From Candidatus Lightella neohaematopini (GTDB lineage: Bacteria; Pseudomonadota; Gammaproteobacteria; Enterobacterales; Enterobacteriaceae), in NCBI GenBank assembly GCA_025728385.1, contig JAOBJV010000001.1, positions 28,046 through 92,045 on the forward strand: a stretch of 64,000 nt of DNA. The letters are read 5' to 3'. Both the position numbers and the translations under genes were made by a program. Below the pieces are notes generated by a model. The model saw only the letters and a list, made by a program, of their open reading frames with translations. It searched no databases and was not told the origin of the DNA. Below, one piece after another: positions 10,484 to 21,184 of this stretch; position 1 is the stretch's first letter, and the number at the start of each line of letters is the position of its first letter.

Positions 10484-10511
10484 ATATTAATATTTAATAT
10501 GTAAATGTCAA
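10484..10511 (-). promoter_or_regulatory. candidate sigma-70 promoter for tRNA-fMet (TTGACA, 16 bp, TAATAT)
   Basis: On the minus strand, ttgaca lies at 10511-10506 and taatat at 10489-10484. This sits between the dapD stop and the tRNA. AT-rich background makes -10 calls weak. Confidence 0.3.
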
Positions 10512-10525
10512 GTAATATTATTTAA

Positions 10526-11359
10526 TTAAGTTCTTAAAATATTATTTAGTTTTATTTTTTTTTTAGTTTTATCATCTACTTTTTTTATTATAATAGCACA
10601 ATAAACACTATATTTACCATTTTTTGATGGTAAGTTACCAGGTATAACCACAGATTTTGCTGGTATTCTTCCGTAACTAATAGTATTAGTATTTTTATTA
10701 TATATTTTTGTACTTTTTCCTATAAATACTCCCATAGAAATTACTGAAGATTCCTCTACTATTACTCCTTCAACAATTTCTGAACGAGCTCCTATAAAGC
10801 AATTATCTTCTATAATAGTTGGATTATTACCAATTGGCTCTAATACCCCACCAATGCCAACTCCACCTGATATGTGGACATTTTTGCCTATTTGAGCACA
10901 AGAACCAATTGTTGCCCAAGTATCTATCATAGTTCCTTCATCTATAAAAGCACCTATATTTATATACGAGGGCATAATAATTGTATTTTTAGCAATATAA
11001 GCACCATATCTAGCACTGGCTAAAGGAACTACACGAATATTTAAATTAGAAAACTTATTAAAGTTCCAACTATTAAATTTTAAAGGTATTTTATCAAAGT
11101 ATTTTAATTTATTTATATTATTTAATTTATTTTTATTAATACGAAAATACAATAATAATGCTTTTTTTATCCAATCAAAAGTAATCCATTGTTTATTATT
11201 TAATTTTATGGATACGCGTAATATTCCTAAATCTAATAATGATATTACCTTTTTTATTAAATTTTGCTCTCTAGTACTAAAATTAATAAGATTATTTCTT
11301 TCATAGCTATAAAAAATATTATTAATTTTATTTTCTAAATACTTAAATGTATTATTCAT
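10526..11359 (-). CDS. dapD: 2,3,4,5-tetrahydropyridine-2,6-dicarboxylate N-succinyltransferase
   Basis: 277 aa. The left-handed beta-helix hexapeptide region is ...[57 protein letters not shown].... The dapD-map-rpsB neighbourhood matches E. coli, with glnD missing. Confidence 0.93.
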   Translation of the reverse strand: MNNTFKYLENKINNIFYSYERNNLINFSTREQNLIKKVISLLDLGILRVSIKLNNKQWITFDWIKKALLLYFRINKNKLNNINKLKYFDKIPLKFNSWNFNKFSNLNIRVVPLASARYGAYIAKNTIIMPSYINIGAFIDEGTMIDTWATIGSCAQIGKNVHISGGVGIGGVLEPIGNNPTIIEDNCFIGARSEIVEGVIVEESSVISMGVFIGKSTKIYNKNTNTISYGRIPAKSVVIPGNLPSKNGKYSVYCAIIIKKVDDKTKKKIKLNNILRT

Positions 11360-11388
11360 TTATATGATAAATTTATTTTAAATTAACA

Positions 11389-12183
11389 TTAGCAATGATT
11401 AATAATTTTTGGAATACTGTCATCTGATCTTAATGTAAGTATTTCACATCCATTATTAGTAACTAATAATGTATGTTCATATTGAGCAGAAAGACTATTA
11501 TCTTTAGTTTTAACTGTCCAACCATCATTAGTAACGTATACATCATGTCCACCAATATTTATCATGGGTTCTACTGTAAAAATCATACCTGGTTGTAGTA
11601 TATAATTATAATCATTATTATCATAATGTAGAACTTGTGGTGGTTCATGAAAATTTTTTCCTATACCATGACCACAATAATCTCTAACAACAGAAAAATT
11701 ATTAGATTCAACAAATTTTTGTATTACTTTACCAAGTTTATTTAAATTTATACCTGGTTTAACCATTTTTATAGCTAAATATAAACTTTGTTTAGCAACA
11801 TTACATAATTTTTTTGATATATTACTAGCTTTACCTACAATAAACATTTTTGAAGTATCACTGTAAAAACCATCTTTAATAATAGCTACATCTATATTTA
11901 GAATATCACCATTTTTTAATTTTTCTTTATCATTAGGAATTCCGTGACATACAACTTCATTAATAGAAACACAAATAGATTTCGGAAATCCATAATAATT
12001 TAATGTAGCACAAATTGCTTTATGTTTTTGTACTATATAATCATGACACAAATTATTTAATTGATTTGTACTTATTCCTGGACGAATATAATACTTAATC
12101 ATTTCCAATACTTGTGCTGCTATTCTACCAGCTATACGCATTTTACTGATTTCATATTTATTTTTAATATATTTAAAATTCAT
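11389..12183 (-). CDS. map: methionine aminopeptidase (type I)
   Basis: 264 aa. Metal ligands appear in the contexts ...VCHGIP..., NIDV..., GHGIG..., FTVEP..., QYEHT. Confidence 0.95.
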   Translation of the reverse strand: MNFKYIKNKYEISKMRIAGRIAAQVLEMIKYYIRPGISTNQLNNLCHDYIVQKHKAICATLNYYGFPKSICVSINEVVCHGIPNDKEKLKNGDILNIDVAIIKDGFYSDTSKMFIVGKASNISKKLCNVAKQSLYLAIKMVKPGINLNKLGKVIQKFVESNNFSVVRDYCGHGIGKNFHEPPQVLHYDNNDYNYILQPGMIFTVEPMINIGGHDVYVTNDGWTVKTKDNSLSAQYEHTLLVTNNGCEILTLRSDDSIPKIINHC

Positions 12184-12328
12184 ATTAAATTCTAATAATT
12201 TAATAGATACAATTAATATTGATTAATATTGTATATAAATTTAACTTAAAGTAAAATAATTATAGTATTATTTCGTGGTATGGTTAAATATTATATTTAT
12301 TTTAATATTAAAATTGAAGAGAGTAAGA

Positions 12329-13009
12329 ATGATAAATATTTCTTTAAGAGATTTGATGAAAGCTAATGTTCACTTTGGTCATAAAACTAAATTTTGGAAT
12401 CCAAAAATGAAACCATTTATATTTACCACATATAGTGGTATTCATATTATTAATTTAGAAAAAACTTTGATATTATTTAAAACAGCTTTACTCAAATTAA
12501 GTGATATTCATAAAAATAAAGGGAAAATATTATTTGTTGGTACTAAAAAATCAGCTAGTCCTTTAATTAAAGAAACTGCTATCGGTTGTAAACAATTTTT
12601 TATACATAAAAGATGGTTAGGTGGTATGTTAACTAATTGGAAAACTGTAAGGCAATCTATTAAATCATTAAAAGATTTAGAAGCACAATTTCATGATGGG
12701 ACTATTAATAAACTCACTAAAAAAGAAGTCTTATTTAAATCTAAGAGATTAAATAAACTAGAGCATAGTTTAGGTGGGATTAAAAATATGGGTGGGCTAC
12801 CAGATGCTTTATTCGTTATAGATGTTGAACATGAACGTACAGCTGTTAAAGAAGCTAATAATATTGGTATTCCAGTATTTGGAATTGTGGATACAAATGC
12901 TAATCCAGATGGTGTTAATTTTATTATTCCAGGAAATGATGATGCTATAAAATCTATTAAACTATACTTAAAATTAATATTAGATACTTTAAACAGCAAT
13001 GTTAAATAA
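12329..13009 (+). CDS. rpsB: 30S ribosomal protein S2
   Basis: The ORF track starts at GTG 12275. ATG at 12329 (after gaagagag) gives [27 protein letters not shown], which aligns with the E. coli S2 N-terminus. Confidence 0.95.
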   Translation: MINISLRDLMKANVHFGHKTKFWNPKMKPFIFTTYSGIHIINLEKTLILFKTALLKLSDIHKNKGKILFVGTKKSASPLIKETAIGCKQFFIHKRWLGGMLTNWKTVRQSIKSLKDLEAQFHDGTINKLTKKEVLFKSKRLNKLEHSLGGIKNMGGLPDALFVIDVEHERTAVKEANNIGIPVFGIVDTNANPDGVNFIIPGNDDAIKSIKLYLKLILDTLNSNVK

Positions 13010-13048
13010 ATAGTCTAAATTAAATTAAAATTTTTATTTGGGGTATAT

Positions 13049-13861
13049 ATGATGTTGTTAAATATTAATCTAATTAAAAAGTTACGTAATATTACTGGTG
13101 CTGGTATTTTAATATGTAAAGAAGCTTTAATTAAATCACATGGTGATATAGAACAAGCTATAAATATAATTAGAATGTTAGGAAAATCAATACTAAAAAA
13201 AAGATCCATAAATAATACTGGTTTTGGTGCAATTTTCGTTAAAGTTAATAAACTTAAAAAAGTTGGTGTAATATTAGAATTATGTAGTGAAACTGATTTT
13301 GTTAGTAACAATATTAATTTTATTAAATTAGGTAACAAAATTATTAATATAATGTTAGATTATAATACTAATGATATGAATTTTATTAATGAAAAATCGA
13401 AGAATTATATTAATTCATTAGTAGTACAAGTTAATGAAAAAATCTCTATCAAAAAAACTCATATTATTCATGGAGATATTGTTTCTTGTTACTTACATAA
13501 TAATAAAAAAATTGGAGTTTTATTATCAATAAAAACTAATAATTTTGATAATAGTAAATTACCAAAATTACTAGCTATGCATATAGCAGCTTATAATCCT
13601 CAGTATATTAGCGATAAAGATATCCCAAATAATATATTAGATGAAGAATATAAAATTCAATATAATATTGCTAAACAATATAATAAATCTACTAATATAA
13701 TAAAAAAAATAGTAGATAATAGGATGTTGCAATTTAAAAGAGATATATCTTTATTAGATCAAATAATAATAACTAATAATAATAAAATTATAAAAGATTT
13801 AGTTAATGAAAGTAATTATGTAATTAATGAATTTGTTAGATTCGAAATTGGTAATAATTAA
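13049..13861 (+). CDS. tsf: translation elongation factor Ts
   Basis: IKKLRNITGAGILICKEAL (UBA-like N domain), ELCSETDFV, and LAMHIAAYNPQYIS. The rpsB-tsf order is conserved. Confidence 0.93.
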   Translation: MMLLNINLIKKLRNITGAGILICKEALIKSHGDIEQAINIIRMLGKSILKKRSINNTGFGAIFVKVNKLKKVGVILELCSETDFVSNNINFIKLGNKIINIMLDYNTNDMNFINEKSKNYINSLVVQVNEKISIKKTHIIHGDIVSCYLHNNKKIGVLLSIKTNNFDNSKLPKLLAMHIAAYNPQYISDKDIPNNILDEEYKIQYNIAKQYNKSTNIIKKIVDNRMLQFKRDISLLDQIIITNNNKIIKDLVNESNYVINEFVRFEIGNN

Positions 13862-13891
13862 TTATTTTATATTTCATACTAAATATAATTT

Positions 13892-14617
13892 ATGTTTACT
13901 AAAAAATCATTAATATATGATAAAATAATAATAAAAATTAGTGGTGAAGTATTAAGAAGTAATTCTAGTACTAGTATAGATATTGTTTTAATAAAAAATA
14001 TAGCTCAGGAAATACAAGAATTAGTTAATATGGGGGTAAAAATTGGTTTAGTTGTTGGTGGAGGAAATTTTTGTAGAGGTTTAAGTCTAAGTAAAATAGG
14101 TATTAATATAGTTAGTAGTCATTATATTGGAATGCTATCTACTATTATGAATGGATTAATATTTTATGATATTTTAGAAAGTATGAATATAAAAACAAAA
14201 TTAATATCGAATATTCCTATTAAAAATGTATGTAATGTATATAATTATAAAGATATAATAGAATTTCTAGAAAAAAAATATGTTTTAATTTTTGTTGCTG
14301 GAACAGGTAATCCATTTTTTACTACAGATTCAGCTGCTTGTCTTAGAGGGTTAGAAATAAATGCTAATATTATATTAAAAGCTACTAAAGTAGATGGTAT
14401 CTTTTCTAAAGATCCAATAAAATATTCTGATGCTATCATGTATCATCATATTACTTATAAAGATATATTAAAAAATAAATTAGGGGTTATGGATTTAACT
14501 GCTTTTACTTTAGCTCAAGAACATCATATGGTACTTCGTATATTTAATATTAGAAAAAATGGTATATTAAAAAGGATTATTACTGGTTCCCAAGAAGGTA
14601 CTTTAGTTACAGAATAA
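13892..14617 (+). CDS. pyrH: UMP kinase
   Basis: 241 aa. IIIKISGE, VVGGGNFCRG and GTGNPFFTTDSAACLRG are present. Confidence 0.95.
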   Translation: MFTKKSLIYDKIIIKISGEVLRSNSSTSIDIVLIKNIAQEIQELVNMGVKIGLVVGGGNFCRGLSLSKIGINIVSSHYIGMLSTIMNGLIFYDILESMNIKTKLISNIPIKNVCNVYNYKDIIEFLEKKYVLIFVAGTGNPFFTTDSAACLRGLEINANIILKATKVDGIFSKDPIKYSDAIMYHHITYKDILKNKLGVMDLTAFTLAQEHHMVLRIFNIRKNGILKRIITGSQEGTLVTE

Positions 14618-14627
14618 TAATATAAAT

Positions 14628-15191
14628 ATGAATAAAGAAATTTTACTGAAAACAGAAAAACTAATGAGCGATAGTGTAGAATTATTTGTCAATAAAATTA
14701 ACAAAATTAATGTTTATTATATTTCACCAGATTTAATAAAATCTTTAAAGATTAAATATTGTAATAAAGTAATATTATTACATACTATATCTAGTATAAT
14801 TACTGAAAATAATAATACTATAACTATTGATGTTTTTGATAAAAAATTATTACCATTAGTAAAGAAAGCAATTAAAGATTCTAAATTAGAATTGAATCAA
14901 TCTTATATTAATAATAAAATTCGTATTTCTAACCCTATTTTAACTGATGAAAGAAGACGTAGTATACTAAAATTAATTAGTAGCGAATCAGAAGTTGCTC
15001 GTATCTCTATAAGAAATATAAGACATAATTCCTTAAATAAAATTAAATCTTTACATAAAAAAAATAAATCCTTTAATAAGGATGAATTTAAATTAATAAA
15101 TAATAAAATTCAAGAAATTACTAATTTTTGGATTAACAAAATAAATAATCAATATTCAATAAAAGAAAAAGAAATTTTAACTAACGGTTAA
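14628..15191 (+). CDS. frr: ribosome recycling factor
   Basis: 187 aa. ...PILTDERRRSILKLISSESEVARISIRNIRH... is the typical RRF helix. The pyrH-frr-dxr order is conserved. Confidence 0.92.
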   Translation: MNKEILLKTEKLMSDSVELFVNKINKINVYYISPDLIKSLKIKYCNKVILLHTISSIITENNNTITIDVFDKKLLPLVKKAIKDSKLELNQSYINNKIRISNPILTDERRRSILKLISSESEVARISIRNIRHNSLNKIKSLHKKNKSFNKDEFKLINNKIQEITNFWINKINNQYSIKEKEILTNG

Positions 15192-15215
15192 CTAAATCAT
15201 TATTTAACTATATTA

Positions 15216-16415
15216 ATGAAATATATTACTTTACTAGGTAGTACTGGATCAATCGGATGTAATGTTTTAAATATAGTAAAAAACGATTTAAATTTTTTTA
15301 AAATTATAGCACTAGTAGCTAGAAAAAATGTTTCTTTAATAATTAAACAATGTTTGTTATTTAAACCTAAATATGTTTGTATGATTAATAAAAAATCGGC
15401 AAAAATATTGAAAGATTATCTGAATTCAATTAATAGCAAAATAATAGTATTATCCGGAATAGAAAATGCTTGTAATGTTAGTATATTAAATAACATTAAT
15501 ATGGTTATATCAGCAATGTCTGGTACTGCTGGATTGTTACCTACTTTTAGTGCTTTAAAAGCAGGAAAACGTATACTATTAGCTAGTAAAGAAATATTGG
15601 TGATATGTGGTAAAATTTTTATGCAAGAATTAAGAAATAATACAACACAATTATTACCTTTAGATAGTGAACATAGTTCTATTTTTCAAAGTTTACCAAT
15701 AAAATTTCAAAAAAATTTAGGTAAGAATAATTTAAAAGATTTTAATATATCAAAAATTATTATTACTGGTTCTGGTGGACCATTTAGAAAAATTAAAGAT
15801 AGTAATTTAAATTATATTACTCCAGAACAAGCATATAATCATCCTAATTGGAAAATGGGAAAAAAAATTTCTGTAGATTCAGCTACTATGATAAATAAAG
15901 GATTTGAATATATTGAGGCACGTTATTTGTTTAACGCAAATGAAAAACAAATACAATTATTGATTCATCCTCAATCTATTGTTCATTCTATAATATATTA
16001 TAATAATGGTCATATATCTGCACAACTTAGTTATCCTGATATGAAAATATATATTTATTATGCTATGTATTATCCTAATTTTAGTAATTCTCAAATGAAA
16101 TTATTGGATTTGCATAGTTTGAATAAGTTAAGCTTTGAAAATATTAATTTTAATAAATATCCTTGTTTGAAATTAGCTATTGAAGCTATTAATACAAGTC
16201 AATCAGCTGTAATTATATTAAATGCTGCTAATGAAGTAGCAGTGTATGCTTTTATTAATAAATTAATAAAATTTACTGACATAATAATTGTTAATAAGTT
16301 AGTATTAGATAAATTGTATTTTTTAGAACCTAAAGACATACAAGAGGTTATATATATATATAAAACAACAAAAAGATTTACCAAAAGAATAATATTAACT
16401 AAATTTAATAAATAA
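15216..16415 (+). CDS. dxr: 1-deoxy-D-xylulose 5-phosphate reductoisomerase
   Basis: LGSTGSIGCNVL NADPH-binding start, LPLDSEHSSIFQ, ITGSGGPFR, and HPNWKMGKKISVDSATMINKGFEYIEA. Confidence 0.95.
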   Translation: MKYITLLGSTGSIGCNVLNIVKNDLNFFKIIALVARKNVSLIIKQCLLFKPKYVCMINKKSAKILKDYLNSINSKIIVLSGIENACNVSILNNINMVISAMSGTAGLLPTFSALKAGKRILLASKEILVICGKIFMQELRNNTTQLLPLDSEHSSIFQSLPIKFQKNLGKNNLKDFNISKIIITGSGGPFRKIKDSNLNYITPEQAYNHPNWKMGKKISVDSATMINKGFEYIEARYLFNANEKQIQLLIHPQSIVHSIIYYNNGHISAQLSYPDMKIYIYYAMYYPNFSNSQMKLLDLHSLNKLSFENINFNKYPCLKLAIEAINTSQSAVIILNAANEVAVYAFINKLIKFTDIIIVNKLVLDKLYFLEPKDIQEVIYIYKTTKRFTKRIILTKFNK

Positions 16416-16458
16416 TAAATATAAATTAAATATTTACTAATATTAATGAGAAAATAAT

Positions 16459-17175
16459 TTGTTATTATCTAATATAAATATACCAAAACACATTGCTATT
16501 ATTATGGATGGTAATAGACGTTGGGCAAAAACTAGAGGTAAAATAAGTATTTTTGGACATAGAAAAGGAGTACAATCAGCTAAACGTGCTATAGAATTTG
16601 CTATAACAAATAATTTTAATACATTAACATTATATGCTTTTAGTAGTGAAAACTGGAATAGATCAATATCAGAAGTAAAATCATTAATGGATCTATTTAA
16701 ATATTCTTTAAAAAATGGAATATATAATTTACATAGTAAAAAAGTTAAGTTAAAAATTATCGGTGATACATCTAAATTCGAAAAAACACTAAAAAAACTT
16801 ATTTATAATTCAGAAAAATTAACTAAAAATAACAATGGATTAAATTTGAATATCGCCATAAATTATGGCGGTAGATGGGATATAATTCAAGGTATAAAAA
16901 AAATTATTAATAGAGTTCAGAAAGGGTTAATTCATCCAAATCAAATAAATGAGCAGACTTTATGTCAAGTAATATCCATGAATGATTTAGATCCTGTAGA
17001 TTTAGTAATACGTACAGGAGGAGAATATAGAATTAGTAATTTTTTATTGTGGCAAATAGCATATTCAGAATTATTTTTTACTGATGTATTATGGCCAGAT
17101 TTTGATGAAAATACATTCTTTAATGCTATAAAATTCTTTTCTCAAAGAAATAGAAGATTTGGTACTACTAAATAA
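16459..17175 (+). CDS. uppS: ditrans,polycis-undecaprenyl-diphosphate synthase
   Basis: TTG start. HIAIIMDGNRRWA, LTLYAFSSENWNR, and IRTGGEYRISNFLLWQIAYSELFFTDVLWPDF. Confidence 0.94.
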   Translation: MLLSNINIPKHIAIIMDGNRRWAKTRGKISIFGHRKGVQSAKRAIEFAITNNFNTLTLYAFSSENWNRSISEVKSLMDLFKYSLKNGIYNLHSKKVKLKIIGDTSKFEKTLKKLIYNSEKLTKNNNGLNLNIAINYGGRWDIIQGIKKIINRVQKGLIHPNQINEQTLCQVISMNDLDPVDLVIRTGGEYRISNFLLWQIAYSELFFTDVLWPDFDENTFFNAIKFFSQRNRRFGTTK

Positions 17176-17208
17176 TTAATATAATAAAAATTAATAATGG
17201 ACTAATAA

Positions 17209-18051
17209 TTGTTAATAAAAAGAATATTTACTGCTATAATAATTATTTTTATAATAAATTTATTACTTTTTAAATCTTCTAAATATACCTTTATTTTAGT
17301 ATTATTTATAATTTGTACTATAAGTTCATGGGAATGGAGTAAAATATCAAATTTAAGTAGTGTATTTTGTAAAATATTATTATTAATCATTAACAATGTT
17401 ATCTTAGGTATATTAATATTTTTAATTATTAATGTAAAAATATTATACAGAAGAATTTTACTATTATTTTTAACATTTATACCAGTAATTTGGTGGTTAA
17501 TAGCTATTTATTTACTTATAACTCATACTAAGCTAGTAAAAATATGGTATCATTTAGAAAAAATTAAATTATTATTTGGTGCCTTCATTATAATACCATT
17601 ATTATATAATATTATAATTATATATTTATATTATCATAATATTGGGTTATTTCAAAATGCACTATTATTATACTTAATAATAATAATATCTTGTATTGAT
17701 TCAGTATCATTTATATATGGTAGTTATTTTGGTTATAAAAAGATAATGCCTACTATTTCTCCTAATAAAACTTGGGAAGGTTTTATTGTTGGATTACTAT
17801 TATCGATAGTAATGTCATTTATATTAATAAATATAATGTTTAATCATAATAAATTATTGTTAGTAATAAGCTCAATTATATCTTTATCATTATCAATAAT
17901 AGGTGATTTAACTGAAAGTATGTTTAAAAGATTAGCTAATTTAAAAGATAGTGGTAGTATTTTACCTGGTCATGGAGGAATTTTAGACAGAATAGATAGT
18001 TTTTCTATATCTATACCTATATTTACATTTTTATTAATATTATTTAGTTGA
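17209..18051 (+). CDS. cdsA: phosphatidate cytidylyltransferase (CDP-diglyceride synthase)
   Basis: TTG start. Polytopic membrane protein with WEW near the N-terminus and the C-terminal signature SMFKR..NLKDSGSILPGHGGILDRIDS. Confidence 0.93.
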   Translation: MLIKRIFTAIIIIFIINLLLFKSSKYTFILVLFIICTISSWEWSKISNLSSVFCKILLLIINNVILGILIFLIINVKILYRRILLLFLTFIPVIWWLIAIYLLITHTKLVKIWYHLEKIKLLFGAFIIIPLLYNIIIIYLYYHNIGLFQNALLLYLIIIISCIDSVSFIYGSYFGYKKIMPTISPNKTWEGFIVGLLLSIVMSFILINIMFNHNKLLLVISSIISLSLSIIGDLTESMFKRLANLKDSGSILPGHGGILDRIDSFSISIPIFTFLLILFS

Positions 18052-18252
18052 TATTTATATTTTTAATTTTAATTTATAAAAGTTTTTAATAAATTATTTA
18101 GTATTTTATGAAAAATATAATTATTTATTAGTTTAATAGATTTTTTAATAAAAACATAAAAACTTTTTAGAATGAATTATTTGTAAGTACATTAATTATT
18201 TAAAATTATTAATATTTAAAAAACTAATGATAATGAATTAATAAAATTTATT

Positions 18253-20631
18253 ATGTCTACTAAAATGTTAAATAATATAATATTAAAAATAATCTTACTA
18301 TTTTCAGTATTTATTATTCAACCTGTTAATGGTATAGAAAAATTTAATATACAACGTATTTTAGTAAAAGGATTAAAACATGTAGATATTAATTCTATAA
18401 TTAAGGATATACCAATACATAATAACTTAATATCTTGCATAGATGTTAATAAAACTATTAGATCATTATTTAATCTTGGTTATTTTAATAATATACAAAT
18501 TTTTTTAGATAAAAAAATATTAATTATACAAGTTACAGAAAGACCAATAATATCTTATATAAGATTTTATGGTAATAATTATATAAATAAACTACTAATA
18601 TCAAATTTATTAAAATTTAATAATATTAAAGTTGGTGAATTTTATAATGACTTTAATATTAAAAAATTTATATGTATGATGAAAAAATTATATATTAGTA
18701 TTGGTAAATATAATAATAAAATTAATGTTATAAAAAAAGTAACATATAATAACCAGGTTGTAATTATTATTAATATTTATGAAGGTTTAACAGCAAAAAT
18801 TAAGCAAATTAATATTATTGGTAATTATAATTTTAATTATAAAACTCTGATTTATTTATTTAAATGTATGAATAAATTAAAATTAAAAAATAATGTTGAT
18901 GATACTGAATTTATAGAAAAAAAATTACATCAATATATAAAAGTATTAACTATATTTTATTTTAGTAATGGTTATATAAGATTTTATATAGAACACATTT
19001 ATGCTACTATATCTAAAGAAAAAAAAGATATTTTTATTACTATAAGAATACACGAAGGACAACAATATAAAATAACTAACTTAATTATAAACTGCAATAT
19101 ACCTTATATATCTAATAAGATAAATCATATTAAATTAAATACAGTATATAATATTTATAATTTAAAAAGATTAAAAGATAACATTAATAATTTGTTTAAT
19201 CAATATGGTTTTATTAAAGTTAAAATTAATTATAAAATCAATACTAATAATTTAAATAAATCGATTATAATATATATTAATATTAATAGTGGCGCACGTT
19301 ATTATGTAAGATATATACATTTTTATGGCAATAATTATACTAAAGATTATGTATTAAGACGTGAAATATTACAGACAGAAAGTTCGTTTTTTAATAAAAA
19401 TTTAATTAAGAATGATATCTTAAAAATAAAAAATTTGGGGTTGTTTAAGAAAATAAAAGTAAAAATAATTTATATTAATAAGAAAAGCAATATCGTTGAT
19501 ATAATATATAAATTAAAAGAATATAACTTTAATAAAATTAAAACTAATATTAATGTTAATATTAATAATAATGTTAATCTAAAACTAAATTTAATGAAAA
19601 GTAATTTATTAGGATACGGTAATAAAGTAAATATTATAGAATCAAAAAATAAGTATCGTAATTATTTTGAAATACTTACTATGAACCCATTTTTAACTTT
19701 AAATAAAGTTAATATTAAGGGTAAGTTATTCTTTGATCTATCTAATAAAAAAAAATATATCCAAGATGTTAATTGGAATAAATACGGTGTAAATATAAAT
19801 TTTAATATACCAATTAATTATAATAATAATTTAAGTATTGGTTTAGAAAGTATACATAATACTTTGTACAATATAAAATCTCAATTATCAACAATTTTTT
19901 ATTTAAATAGTATCAATATCTATCCAAATATTAGTAATTATATAAGTAATAATTTTAAAATTAATGATATATTACTATCCACTAATTGGTTTTATACCAA
20001 TATTGATAAGAATAATTATTTTCCTAGTAATGGAATACTAATTAATATGATAAATAAATTTACTATTCTAAATTCTAAAAATAATTTCTATAATATTATA
20101 CTAAATATTAATAAATTTACATCTTTTTATAAAAAGAAAAATTTTATTTTAACTTCACACATGCATATTGGTTATTTAGGTAGCTTTAATAATAAATTAA
20201 CACCATTCTATAATAATTTTTATATGAATAGTAATAATTCCGTTAGAGGATTTCAATATAATAGTTTAGGTAAGAAAAATATATATTATAATTGTCATCG
20301 TACTAATACTTACAATAAGTGCATATTAACATCATCTAATGATAGTGGTGGGGGAAATATTATTACTTTAATAAATACTGAGCTGATACTACCTCTAATT
20401 AAAAAATATACAAAAGTAGCACGTATATCACTATTTATTGATGTAGGCAATATTTGGAGCAAAGATAATTTATTAAATTTTATAGATAAAAATTTTAGAT
20501 TATCTAATGGTATATCTATAAAAATTATTTCTCCATTTGGTCCAATATCACTTTCTTATGCTTATCCTATTAAAAAATATAATGACGATAAAATAGAAAA
20601 ACTACAGTTTAATTTTAATAAGTTTTATTAA
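18253..20631 (+). CDS. bamA: outer membrane protein assembly factor BamA
   Basis: 792 aa. Signal peptide, POTRA repeats (I..I.V.G...V), and a C-terminal beta-barrel with VRGF and a terminal aromatic residue (...NFNKFY). The cdsA-(rseP lost)-bamA-skp order is conserved. Confidence 0.92.
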   Translation: MSTKMLNNIILKIILLFSVFIIQPVNGIEKFNIQRILVKGLKHVDINSIIKDIPIHNNLISCIDVNKTIRSLFNLGYFNNIQIFLDKKILIIQVTERPIISYIRFYGNNYINKLLISNLLKFNNIKVGEFYNDFNIKKFICMMKKLYISIGKYNNKINVIKKVTYNNQVVIIINIYEGLTAKIKQINIIGNYNFNYKTLIYLFKCMNKLKLKNNVDDTEFIEKKLHQYIKVLTIFYFSNGYIRFYIEHIYATISKEKKDIFITIRIHEGQQYKITNLIINCNIPYISNKINHIKLNTVYNIYNLKRLKDNINNLFNQYGFIKVKINYKINTNNLNKSIIIYININSGARYYVRYIHFYGNNYTKDYVLRREILQTESSFFNKNLIKNDILKIKNLGLFKKIKVKIIYINKKSNIVDIIYKLKEYNFNKIKTNINVNINNNVNLKLNLMKSNLLGYGNKVNIIESKNKYRNYFEILTMNPFLTLNKVNIKGKLFFDLSNKKKYIQDVNWNKYGVNINFNIPINYNNNLSIGLESIHNTLYNIKSQLSTIFYLNSINIYPNISNYISNNFKINDILLSTNWFYTNIDKNNYFPSNGILINMINKFTILNSKNNFYNIILNINKFTSFYKKKNFILTSHMHIGYLGSFNNKLTPFYNNFYMNSNNSVRGFQYNSLGKKNIYYNCHRTNTYNKCILTSSNDSGGGNIITLINTELILPLIKKYTKVARISLFIDVGNIWSKDNLLNFIDKNFRLSNGISIKIISPFGPISLSYAYPIKKYNDDKIEKLQFNFNKFY

Positions 20632-20676
20632 AAAATTACTAATTATTTAAATATTTATAAATTTAGGTATATATCA

Positions 20677-21177
20677 ATGTTTAATAGATTATTTGTTATT
20701 AGTACAATATTACTAACTATTATGATTCCATTTAAGATATTAGCTTGTAATAAAATTGCAATAGTTAATATCAATAACATTTTTCAACAATATCCAAAAA
20801 GAATAGAGATAGCAAAAAAACTTGAAAGTGAATTTGAACATGAAGCAAGTGAATTACAATTAATGGAACATGAAATACAAAATAAAATACAATATTTACA
20901 ACATTATGGATCAAATATGAAAATTAATGAACGTAATGAGTTAGAAAACTCATTAATTAAACAGCGTGAAAATTTTTCTAACAAAGCACAAGAATTTGAA
21001 CAAAACAATCGTCGTAGACAAGCAGAAGAACGAGATAAAATTTTGTTAATAATTCAAAATACGGTAAAAAATATTGCTGTAAAATATAAGTATGATATAG
21101 TACTTGATGTAAGTACTGTAATTTACTCTAATAAAATTAAAGATATTACTAATGAAGTATTACAATTAATTAGGTAA
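20677..21177 (+). CDS. skp: periplasmic chaperone Skp (OmpH)
   Basis: 166 aa with a signal peptide and coiled-coil-rich sequence. It lies between bamA and lpxD. Confidence 0.88.
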   Translation: MFNRLFVISTILLTIMIPFKILACNKIAIVNINNIFQQYPKRIEIAKKLESEFEHEASELQLMEHEIQNKIQYLQHYGSNMKINERNELENSLIKQRENFSNKAQEFEQNNRRRQAEERDKILLIIQNTVKNIAVKYKYDIVLDVSTVIYSNKIKDITNEVLQLIR

Positions 21178-21184
21178 TATAATT

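Noticed and set aside
12212-12231. Tandem 10-mer attaatattg x2 in the map/rpsB divergent spacer
   Set aside because: It is short, AT-only and within the range expected from low-complexity sequence. There is no further support.
12691-13338. Two minus-strand ORFs (12691..12999 and 13015..13338) opposite rpsB and tsf
   Set aside because: They lie wholly within or antisense to highly conserved ribosomal and EF-Ts genes and show no homology signal. They are artefacts of stop-codon-poor antisense frames.
14245-17396. Short antisense ORFs 14245..14439, 16199..16384 and 17202..17396
   Set aside because: They are embedded antisense in pyrH, dxr and cdsA, are 61-64 aa long, and have no motifs. The same reasoning applies as above.
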